A stretch of DNA of 32,000 nt from Candidatus Omnitrophota bacterium (GTDB lineage Bacteria > Omnitrophota > Gorgyraeia > 2-01-FULL-45-10), in contig JAMWCX010000001.1 in assembly GCA_023818895.1 (NCBI GenBank), positions 149,789 to 181,788 on the forward strand. Reading direction: 5' to 3'. The notes beneath the pieces are model-generated. The model ran no database searches. It worked only from the letters and a program-made list of their open reading frames with translations, and was not told the DNA's origin. The position numbers were made by a program, and so were the translations under genes. Shown here one piece after another: positions 13,511 through 20,482 of the stretch. Each line of letters begins with the position of its first letter. The stretch's first letter is position 1.

Positions 13511-15745
13511 CTATGTTTTTCGCAGGGTCGTAAGTTCCGTTATTATATCGCCCGCCCACTTATAGACATTTTGTTCGGCAACCACTTTTCTCAGATTCTC
13601 CATCCGACGCCTCTTTTCGGGATCTGGCATCTCCACGGCCAATTTTATGCTGTCGGCGAATTCTTCGATCGAATAAGGTTTGATCTGTATGGCTTCAGAC
13701 AGCTCTTTCGCCGCCCCAGTAAAGCGGCTCAATATCAGGGTTCCGTTAAGGTCGTTCTTTGCGGCTATGTATTCCTTGGCGACAAGGTTCATGCCGTCGT
13801 GAAGCGAGCTTACTATGCAGATATCCGCGAGCCTGTAGAACGGCTTTATATCCTCAGGAGAAAAGTGGCGTTTTAAATATATTATAGGCCTCCATTCCTC
13901 GTCCAGGTATTTCCAGTTTATCTTTTCCACAAGCTCGTCAAGCTCCCCTATCAGGTCGTGATAGCGTTTTATGTGCGTCCTGCTTGGGGCGCCCAGCTGG
14001 ACAAAGACGAACTTCTTCCTGTAATCCGGGTATTTTTCCAGGAAACGGTCTATGGCGACCATGCGCTCGGCCAGACCCTTGGTGTAGTCTATCCTGTCGA
14101 CCCCAATCGCCACTATCTTTCCTTCCAGCTCGTAATCCCTGACGATCCTTTCCGATTTTTTTGCGTCGTCTTTATCGATGGAGCCGTTTATGTTTATATC
14201 CACGCTTATAGGGAAAGATCTGACAAAAGTCTCTTTTCCTCCCCGGATCACACTGAATTTTTCCGTATCGATCCGGCACTCCAGGAACCTGTTGGCCGTA
14301 TCGATGAAGTTGTTGCAATGATACTGGACATGAAAGCCTATAAGGTCGCATCCCAGCATGCCGTCCAGGATCTCCGCGTTATAGGGGCATATGGCGAATA
14401 CCTCGGGATTCGGCCAGGGTATATGCCAGAATAGCGCGATAGTGGCGTCAGGCCGCTTGGCTTTTATCATCTGGGGTAAAAGGGTGAAATGGTAGTCCTG
14501 TATAAAAACAAAAGGATTGTTCGCGGGCAGCTCCTCGATAACGCTTTCGGCAAATTTCTGGTTCGCCCTCCTATATATCTGCCAGTCGGACTCCCTGAAC
14601 ATCGGCCTGGTGTGGGTTATGTGGCAAAGCGGCCAGAGCCCTTCGTTAGAGAAACCGTAATAATAGCCGTCCTCCTCCTCTTTAGTGAGCCATACCCTCT
14701 TGAGTATATAGCGGTTATCTTCAGGCGGGACGCCGAGCTTGTTCTTGGAATTCACGAATTTCCTGTCGGCGTTGGCGCTACCGTGGGCTATCCAGGTTCC
14801 TCCGCAGGCGCGCATTATCGGGTCTATGGCCGTTACGACACCGCTGGCAGGACGGACACATGCTGCCCGGCCTGTCGCCTCATTAATGGTATGCAGATAA
14901 GGTTCCCTGTTAGAAACGACGAAGAAAGCGTTCTCCCCCAGTTTGGCCCTGACAAGGTCCCTAAGTCTTGCCTCTGTCCACAGATCTTCCCGCTCCAGGC
15001 GGACCTTAGCCTCCTCGGTTACGGCCTTTCTTGCTATCCGCAGCCCCAGGGCGACCTGTTCTACCTCCCTCGCGAGTTTGCCGAGTTCGCCCTTTTCCTT
15101 TATAGGATGCCTGAGGTCGGTCTCTCCTTTTTGGAATTTCTTGAACAATTCTGTAAGGCGCTCGACCGGATCGGTGAATATACGCCTATGCACCATAATG
15201 GATATTGCCGCGATCAGCATGAGCAGGATGATGAGCGCTATGCTGAGGCTTTTCCATATCTCGGCCAGCTGGGTGAAGACGTACGACGTGTCGTAAAGAA
15301 TCTCTTCCAGCCCGACCGTCTTTCCTTCTTCATCCGGCACAGGAAGCACGTAGCTGTATACCGTGTATTGCTTAAATTTTTCGATGCCTCCCCGGGGCGC
15401 GGCGTCTTTCAGGATGTCTTTGATATAAGGCTTGTCCTTGTCCTTCCATTCGGAGAAGCGGTCCGTGATGGCCAGCATGTTGCCGTCTTTGTCGTAGATG
15501 GCGCATCCCTGCATCCTCTCACGTCTCTGGAATTTTTGGACGAGACGTTCAATGCTGCGCCGGTCATCGCTGATAAGGGCATTGCGCACCGACAATTCCA
15601 GGCTCTCCGCCACGGCCCGCGCCTTCCTTCTGAGCTCATCTAGAAGCTTTGCCTCCTCGTAGCGCACGTGGAAGATGCCGAATATGACGAGGACCATCGT
15701 TACCATGATGAGTATCGGTAGTATAAACAGCATTAGCCTTTTCAT
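13511..15745 (-). CDS. otsA: Trehalose-6-phosphate synthase (GT20) fused to an N-terminal TM / extracytoplasmic sensor / TM / HAMP module
   Basis: 744 aa. Residues 1-about 265 comprise TM1 (LFILPILIMVTMVLVIFGIF), an about 140-aa loop, TM2 (LSIALIILLMLIAAISIMV) and a HAMP-like segment (DPVERLTELFKKFQKG...GELGKLAREVEQVALGL). The GT20 catalytic region follows (FFVVSNREPY...GLWPLCH...FWHIPWP...DGMNLVAKEY). Confidence 0.85.
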   Translation of the reverse strand: MKRLMLFILPILIMVTMVLVIFGIFHVRYEEAKLLDELRRKARAVAESLELSVRNALISDDRRSIERLVQKFQRRERMQGCAIYDKDGNMLAITDRFSEWKDKDKPYIKDILKDAAPRGGIEKFKQYTVYSYVLPVPDEEGKTVGLEEILYDTSYVFTQLAEIWKSLSIALIILLMLIAAISIMVHRRIFTDPVERLTELFKKFQKGETDLRHPIKEKGELGKLAREVEQVALGLRIARKAVTEEAKVRLEREDLWTEARLRDLVRAKLGENAFFVVSNREPYLHTINEATGRAACVRPASGVVTAIDPIMRACGGTWIAHGSANADRKFVNSKNKLGVPPEDNRYILKRVWLTKEEEDGYYYGFSNEGLWPLCHITHTRPMFRESDWQIYRRANQKFAESVIEELPANNPFVFIQDYHFTLLPQMIKAKRPDATIALFWHIPWPNPEVFAICPYNAEILDGMLGCDLIGFHVQYHCNNFIDTANRFLECRIDTEKFSVIRGGKETFVRSFPISVDININGSIDKDDAKKSERIVRDYELEGKIVAIGVDRIDYTKGLAERMVAIDRFLEKYPDYRKKFVFVQLGAPSRTHIKRYHDLIGELDELVEKINWKYLDEEWRPIIYLKRHFSPEDIKPFYRLADICIVSSLHDGMNLVAKEYIAAKNDLNGTLILSRFTGAAKELSEAIQIKPYSIEEFADSIKLAVEMPDPEKRRRMENLRKVVAEQNVYKWAGDIITELTTLRKT

Positions 15746-15791
15746 CTATTATCCTTTATGGAGAAGAAAGCCGTTTTCTGCGCAGGCACCT

Positions 15792-16895
15792 TTAATTACC
15801 GAAACATGTCCCGAGAGATACGGCCGTCTTTATCAGCGGGTGGTCTGGCGGTACGCTCCTGTGGCCCTTCGCGACGTCTTTTAACGGGACCATGACGAGC
15901 CGGCTCTTCTGCATCGCGACCATCTTGCCGAAATTGCGCGATACTATCATGTCGACCGCCTTGGACCCGAGCTGGGTAGCCAGCAGCCTGTCGAAAGACG
16001 TGGGCGAGCCTCCTCTCTGGAGATGCCCCATTGTCACAGACCGCGTCTCGATGCCGGTCGCCTTCTCCAGCTGGTCGCCTAGAACGAATCCTATCCCGCC
16101 CAGCCTGACCGGGTCGGAGCTCTCTTTTACGATCCTCTGCACGACGACCGACCCGCCCCTGGGCTTTGCGCCTTCGGCTATCACGACTATGGAGAAGCGC
16201 TTGCCCCTCTTGTGCCTTTCCCTGATGAACTTTATTATCGCATCCATCCTGTACGGTATTTCCGGAATGAGTATTATATCTCCCCCTCCCGCAATTCCGG
16301 AACATAGCGCCAGCCAGCCGGCGTTGTGGCCCATCACTTCTATGACCATGACGCGATGGTGCGACTGGGCGGTTGTGTGGAGCCTGTCTATGCCGTCGGT
16401 AGCGATAGACATGGCCGTATCAAATCCGAAAGTTATGTCCGTGCCGAGTATGTCGTTATCGATGGTCTTCGGCACGCCCACCACAGGTATGCCGTCTTTG
16501 AACAGCTTATAGGCTATGCCGAGCGACCCGTCGCCGCCTATCACCACGAGGCAATCTATTCCGAGGTGGCTCACCGTGTCGATCGCCGACCGGGACATGT
16601 CCGTAAAATCAAATTTGCCGTCTCTTTTGACCGGATAGCGGTAAGGATTTATCTTTTTGGTTGTGCCAAGGATGGTTCCGCCAAGGGTCAGGATGCCGGA
16701 TACGTCCCTATTATCCAAGTGCCTGTGCCGGTTATTTACCAGCCCTTCGTATCCGTCCTCTATGCCGATTACCTTCATTCCATGGTCATTCATCGCCTTC
16801 TTGGCCACCGCCCTTATGACGGCATTTATGCCTGGGCAGTCGCCGCCGCTGGTGAGTATTCCTATCGTCTTGCAGCTTTTCTTCTTTCCGCGCAT
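15792..16895 (-). CDS. pfkA: ATP-dependent 6-phosphofructokinase
   Basis: Contains GILTSGGDCPGINAVIR, IGGDGS (the Gly form typical of ATP-dependent enzymes), PKTIDND and MGHNAGWLA. The ATG at 16895 is preceded by AAGGA. The ORF-track start at 16922 is a TTG that overlaps the upstream gene. Confidence 0.85.
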   Translation of the reverse strand: MRGKKKSCKTIGILTSGGDCPGINAVIRAVAKKAMNDHGMKVIGIEDGYEGLVNNRHRHLDNRDVSGILTLGGTILGTTKKINPYRYPVKRDGKFDFTDMSRSAIDTVSHLGIDCLVVIGGDGSLGIAYKLFKDGIPVVGVPKTIDNDILGTDITFGFDTAMSIATDGIDRLHTTAQSHHRVMVIEVMGHNAGWLALCSGIAGGGDIILIPEIPYRMDAIIKFIRERHKRGKRFSIVVIAEGAKPRGGSVVVQRIVKESSDPVRLGGIGFVLGDQLEKATGIETRSVTMGHLQRGGSPTSFDRLLATQLGSKAVDMIVSRNFGKMVAMQKSRLVMVPLKDVAKGHRSVPPDHPLIKTAVSLGTCFGN

Positions 16896-16905
16896 GGTCG
16901 CATCC

Positions 16906-17463
16906 TTATAGTTGGTTGACAACGAGCTCGGTAAGGACGACTATATCCTCCGTGCAGAATATCCTGGGGATATTGGCGTCGTATAAGATGTTGGCGTCCG
17001 GGCCGAACTCTTCGTCGGCCTTCGACATCTTGATCAGTATTCCGACCTCTTCGAACGGGTATATCACGACGCTCACATCGCCGACAGGGCCTTTTTTGTG
17101 CGGCAGTCGCCCCGCCGCCGCCAGGAGATCTTCGGGTTTCTTGCCGTATTTCTTGATAATGCGCTCTATCGTTCTCTTTCTGAATGTCGGGTAATATGCG
17201 TCTCCTCCTTCGATTTGATTGAAGTCTATCCATTCGCCCGCCGGCTCAGGGAGTTTTCCGAAAAGGAGCTTCTGCGTTAGGTAATGGAGTATTATTATTA
17301 CGGTGTACTCCCTGGTTGGCGCGCTGCAGGAAGCGGAGATGACGGTTTTGCCATCCAGGTCGATGTCATAGGTGTCGGAGACAAACTTGACGGAATAGCG
17401 CCTTTCTTTGGCGATATTCGCAAGGTCCTTCCATGCTTTCTCGAGCGCGGCGGTGTAGGTCAT
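16906..17463 (-). CDS. Conserved hypothetical protein (DUF3786-like, tentative)
   Basis: 185-aa ORF in an operon with pfkA. The pattern YSVKFVSDTYDIDLDGKTV...IIILHYL resembles DUF3786 as I remember it, but this is not verified. Confidence 0.45.
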   Translation of the reverse strand: MTYTAALEKAWKDLANIAKERRYSVKFVSDTYDIDLDGKTVISASCSAPTREYTVIIILHYLTQKLLFGKLPEPAGEWIDFNQIEGGDAYYPTFRKRTIERIIKKYGKKPEDLLAAAGRLPHKKGPVGDVSVVIYPFEEVGILIKMSKADEEFGPDANILYDANIPRIFCTEDIVVLTELVVNQL

Positions 17464-17487
17464 TATTAAGGCTCTACCATATATTTT

Positions 17488-17841
17488 TCATGTGGCAATA
17501 ATGCCGGACAGCCTGAGCAACCTGATGCTCCAGCTCTTAGTCTTCCTTTTCAGTTCTTGAAGCTCGGGCGCATCGCTGGTTCCTCGCCTGATATGCAAGT
17601 GCCATAATGCAAGTTTTGGCTGAATAACTGAAAAAAGCTGCTGCGTCTGGAGGGGAGCTTCGTGTACAGCCCATTCGATGAAGTACTTGCTTTCTTCCAG
17701 GATGTCCTCGACGGCCGCTATATTCTTTGGATTGTCCAGAAACGCCGATATGCGGGCCAGGTCGCTTGCGAGGTGGCCTATGCGCCTTGTGGGCGTCTCC
17801 TTCATGTAGCGTTCTTTTATAATGTTAAGATTTTTCAACAC
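17488..17841 (-). CDS. Hypothetical helical protein
   Basis: 117-aa ORF with a GTG start at 17841 (alternative ATG at 17805). It overlaps the upstream gene by 17 nt. I recognise no motif. Confidence 0.4.
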   Translation of the reverse strand: MLKNLNIIKERYMKETPTRRIGHLASDLARISAFLDNPKNIAAVEDILEESKYFIEWAVHEAPLQTQQLFSVIQPKLALWHLHIRRGTSDAPELQELKRKTKSWSIRLLRLSGIIAT

Positions 17842-18169
17842 CGAATCTCGCTTTCACTATTTCATCAACTTTATGTCGTATGGCTTGGTTTTCGATGGTC
17901 ATGGAACGGTTCTTCTGTCTTGGTCTAATATTTATCAATGCCTCAAAGCGAACCTCTTTGGAATCGGGTAGCCAATCAGCGCCCCAAATATCCACCTGCT
18001 TGCTCCCATCATCAAGGAGAGCGGCTTCGCAATCTGCATGAAGCATCCCGCCGCCCGCAACCACCTCTCGCCTTATGTCAACAGCAAGCTTAATATAAGA
18101 ACCGAGCGCCTCAAGCATTTCCTTGATTTCTGCATCCGTAGCTTTTGTTCTGATTATATGTATATTCAT
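17825..18169 (-). CDS. Small conserved hypothetical protein (DUF5674-like, tentative)
   Basis: A start at ATG 18169 gives MNIHIIRTKATDAEIKEMLEALGSYIKLAVDIRREVVAGGGMLHADCEAALLDDGSKQVDIWGADW.... The longer ORF-track start at 18241 would run into the terminator hairpin. Confidence 0.45.
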   Translation of the reverse strand: MNIHIIRTKATDAEIKEMLEALGSYIKLAVDIRREVVAGGGMLHADCEAALLDDGSKQVDIWGADWLPDSKEVRFEALINIRPRQKNRSMTIENQAIRHKVDEIVKARFGVEKS

Positions 18170-18231
18170 CGCGCAGATTAGTATAGCATACCGCCGTGTC
18201 TGGCTGAAGTGAAATTTAATAGGCGGCCCAT

Positions 18232-18261
18232 AAAAAAACACATCCAGAAAATAGGATGTGT
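18232..18261 (-). terminator. Intrinsic terminator of the riboswitch-C cassette gene
   Basis: The minus strand reads ACACATCC-TATTTTCT-GGATGTGT followed by TTTTTTT. It starts about 35 nt after the stop of 18295-19359. Confidence 0.8.
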
Positions 18262-18294
18262 TGTTTAATATTTATTTCCATTACACGCTACACA

Positions 18295-19359
18295 TTACAC
18301 CCTTCTGTTCCGATACCTCCTGTACCCTATCGCAATGACCGCTCCCAATATCCCCACGACCGTCGCCGGCTCTGGAACAGGCTCTCCTTCGAGCCCGCTT
18401 CCCAACTTGATATAGTACCTACCGTTATAAGTCCATGAATCTCCAATATCATAGCCGGTGTCTCCGGGAAGGTTGCCGGAGAGGTAGCGCCAGGTGATGC
18501 CGCCTATCTCCACTGAGCCCGTCTGGGCCGCGTAAAGGTCCGCCAGGGCCCCAATGGCGTCTGTGTCGTATACGTCCTGGCTGAAACCGAGGGTGTTTAT
18601 CACTCCTCCGCCTATCAGGCCTTCGTTATAGAGGTGCGTTATCTGCTCTGATGTTAAAGCGGTGTTCCATATGGCGACTTCGTCGATAAGGCCGTTAAAA
18701 TAAGGCTTACCTTCTTCGGAAGGATAAGCAATATTTACACCAAATGTCCAGTTGCCGCCGTTAGATTGTTTAAAATAGTACCAGTTTTCTCTTAGTTCGG
18801 TATCAGCGGCACCATTAACATAGACAGTCATGACGTTATTTTCATATACAACAGCATACTGGTACCATGTGTTCGCTTCCCAACAGTCTCTTTGGGTAAC
18901 TGCGCTTGTCCAGTAATACCAGTAAGAACGTAGTTGACCCGGCCAATTAGGATGGAAATGACCAAAAATTTGATATTTATTTCCGCTCCATCCGTTGTTA
19001 TTGGTAACAATAGTGATATCTTTTGTTACTGATCTGTCAATTCTTTCATTTGGCCTAAAGAAATACACTACCGTGAAACTCCTATCTGCAGGGCTATCGG
19101 ATAAGACGGGATAAGGAACATTAATATAGCCATTTGTCTCATCAAAGATATAGGCTCCTCCTACTTTTCCTTGGCTTGTCCACGTTGCACCATTTACCAC
19201 GCCATGGTTGGTTCCTATAGAGTCATCGGCGTTTTGATTATCAAAATTCCAGTAGGCTACAGCACCATCATATACCGTCGCCGCATACTCCTCTGCTGCG
19301 TCGAACGCCAAGCACGCGATTATTACTCCGATCATCAGTGACGCGCGTAGAGGTTTCAT
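18295..19359 (-). CDS. Secreted LamG/concanavalin-A-like lectin-fold protein with PEP-CTERM sorting signal
   Basis: 354 aa containing a signal peptide (MKPLRASLMIGVIIACLAF), YWNFDNQNADDSIGTNHG, IDEVAIWNTALTSEQITHLYNEGL and the shared pre-tail module. The C-terminus is PVPEPATVVGILGAVIAIGYRRYRNRRV. The Shine-Dalgarno sequence GAGGTGG precedes the ATG. Confidence 0.85.
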   Translation of the reverse strand: MKPLRASLMIGVIIACLAFDAAEEYAATVYDGAVAYWNFDNQNADDSIGTNHGVVNGATWTSQGKVGGAYIFDETNGYINVPYPVLSDSPADRSFTVVYFFRPNERIDRSVTKDITIVTNNNGWSGNKYQIFGHFHPNWPGQLRSYWYYWTSAVTQRDCWEANTWYQYAVVYENNVMTVYVNGAADTELRENWYYFKQSNGGNWTFGVNIAYPSEEGKPYFNGLIDEVAIWNTALTSEQITHLYNEGLIGGGVINTLGFSQDVYDTDAIGALADLYAAQTGSVEIGGITWRYLSGNLPGDTGYDIGDSWTYNGRYYIKLGSGLEGEPVPEPATVVGILGAVIAIGYRRYRNRRV

Positions 19360-19427
19360 TGTCCCACCTCTTGCTTATCCTTCTTCGCTCTTCAATGCGC
19401 TTACTGTGATAGAGCTTCGAAGGACTA

Positions 19428-19477
19428 TTTTTTAGGCATAGCCTAAAAAAATGTCCCAACCTCCGGAACGATTGGGA
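19428..19477 (-). terminator. Tandem hairpins forming the expression platform of leader copy C
   Basis: The minus strand reads TCCCAATC-GTTCCGGA-GGTTGGGA, then CA and a T7 run. The T7 run is also the 5' arm of a second perfect hairpin, TTTTTTAGGC-TAT-GCCTAAAAAA. The first stem covaries with copies A, B and D (CCCGA/TCGGG becomes CCCAA/TTGGG). Confidence 0.7.
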
Positions 19478-19483
19478 TCGCAA

Positions 19484-19584
19484 AGCGTTACGTTCGCTCT
19501 AACGGCAACTGGCTGCCCTGACGATTTTTCCGTCAAGGACCCTATAGCTTTGCGTCCCACCCTTTCGGGAGGTTTGCGATTATA
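19484..19584 (-). promoter_or_regulatory. GEMM-I (c-di-GMP-I)-like riboswitch aptamer plus 3' mini-hairpin, copy C
   Basis: The minus strand reads TATAATCGCAAACCTCCCGAAAGGGTGGGACGCAAAGCTATAGGGTCCTTGACGGAAAAATCGTCAGGGCAGCCAGTTGCCGTTAGAGCGAACGTAACGCT. The aptamer is nearly identical to copy B. The mini-hairpin stem is AGCG/CGCT instead of AGCT/AGCT. Confidence 0.75.
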
Positions 19585-19605
19585 TCACTTTTCTCATCCA
19601 AATTA

Positions 19606-19634
19606 AGTTTACCTTATATATATGTTATATGGAA
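19606..19634 (-). promoter_or_regulatory. Sigma70-like promoter for leader C (TTCCAT-N17-TAAACT)
   Basis: The minus strand reads TTCCAT (19634-19629), a 17-nt spacer containing (TA)4, then TAAACT (19611-19606). Its position is homologous to the promoters of the other copies. Confidence 0.4.
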
Positions 19635-19664
19635 TAGTGAAATAGCTGGCTTTTTTATTTCCAC

Positions 19665-19719
19665 TTGACAACCGTGAATTTCATGTTAACATTAGGTATG
19701 TAGGTTAACATATGTTAAA
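19665..19719 (+). promoter_or_regulatory. Promoter/operator region of the HTH-Doc module
   Basis: TTGACA lies at 19665-19670 with a TAACAT-like -10 element 16-17 nt downstream. There are three GTTAA(C/A) half-sites (19685-19690, 19704-19709, 19714-19719). They are arranged as the palindromes ATGTTAACAT and TTAACATATGTTAA, and the second spans the start codon at 19712. Confidence 0.5.
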
Positions 19720-19999
19720 AGTCATATATAAGGTTTATATGGATGAGAAGAATAAGTATGTAAGCATCCCCGAACTTGCCAAGATACTGGGCCTGAGCAG
19801 GATAGCTGTTTTTAAAAAGGTCAAAAAGGGCGTCATTAAGGCGGCCAAGATAGGCAGGAACTACGCTATTCCCAGGTCTTATGTCGACAGCATACTGGGC
19901 AAGACTCTTGCCGTCAGCAGTAAGAAAGAGATCGCTGCCGCCGTAAAGAAGACAGTCAAGGAATACGGGCAGACGCTGAAACTTTTAGGCAGGGAATGA
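19712..19999 (+). CDS. Excisionase-type helix-turn-helix DNA-binding protein, putative antitoxin
   Basis: 95 aa. YVSIPELAKILGLSRIAVFKKVKKGVIKAAKIGRNYAIPRSYVDSIL matches the HTH_17/excisionase pattern. Its stop overlaps the Doc start (ATGA at 19996-19999). Confidence 0.7.
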   Translation: MLKVIYKVYMDEKNKYVSIPELAKILGLSRIAVFKKVKKGVIKAAKIGRNYAIPRSYVDSILGKTLAVSSKKEIAAAVKKTVKEYGQTLKLLGRE

Positions 20000-20418
20000 T
20001 GCAAAGGATCACCGTTAAGGAGGTCGAGTACCTGGCGTTCGTTCTCGCAGGGGAGATAATGTCGTTCAACGAGCCTATCCCCGATTTCAAGACGAGATTT
20101 CCCAATATACTGGAAAGCTGCATAGCCGCGCCTTTCCAGGCCTTCGAAGAAAAGTCCTTCTACCCGGGCCTCATCGACAAGGCGGCGATCCTCTTCTATC
20201 TCATGATCAAGAACCATCCCTTCCAGAACGGCAACAAGCGCATAGCCATGACGACGCTTTTCGTCTTCCTGCACAAGAATAAGAAATGGGTAAGGGTCGA
20301 CGCGCAGGAGCTGTATAATTTCACGATGTGGATAGCGCAGAGCCCGGCCAAGTGTAAAGATGAAACCCTCGCGGCGATCAGGAAATTTCTTGCCGAGCAC
20401 GTGACGGATCTCGGATAG
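19996..20418 (+). CDS. doc: Doc (death-on-curing) / Fic-family toxin
   Basis: 140 aa containing the Doc signature HxFx(N/D)GNKR as NHPFQNGNKRIAMTTLFVFL. It is translationally coupled to the upstream HTH gene. Confidence 0.85.
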   Translation: MMQRITVKEVEYLAFVLAGEIMSFNEPIPDFKTRFPNILESCIAAPFQAFEEKSFYPGLIDKAAILFYLMIKNHPFQNGNKRIAMTTLFVFLHKNKKWVRVDAQELYNFTMWIAQSPAKCKDETLAAIRKFLAEHVTDLG

Positions 20419-20423
20419 GATAT

Positions 20424-20457
20424 AAAAAAAACGCGGCAGGATATTACATCCTCCGCG
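20424..20457 (-). terminator. Terminator between the convergent doc and PEP-CTERM genes (strong on the minus strand)
   Basis: The minus strand reads CGCGGAGGAT-GTAAT-ATCCTGCCGCG (10 bp with one bulge) followed by TTTTTTTT. On the plus strand the same hairpin is followed by the weaker CTCTTGTT. Confidence 0.8.
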
Positions 20458-20482
20458 CCTCTTGTTCGCGTTTAATTACACA

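Noticed and set aside
15796-17233. Same-strand alternative-frame ORFs (15796-16305, 169 aa; 16862-17233, 123 aa; 12244-12498; 10048-10263), all very Arg/Gly/Pro-rich.
   Set aside because: They are embedded out of frame within pfkA, the DUF3786-like gene, the duplicated-domain gene and trpB2. Their composition is typical of off-frame translation of GC-rich coding sequence.
17488-18169. The overlapping small gene pair (17825-18169 and 17488-17841) as a second toxin-antitoxin or defence module.
   Set aside because: I recognise no toxin or antitoxin motifs. The pair appears to be the first genes of the long metabolic operon, and the overlap depends on an uncertain GTG start. They are left as hypothetical proteins.
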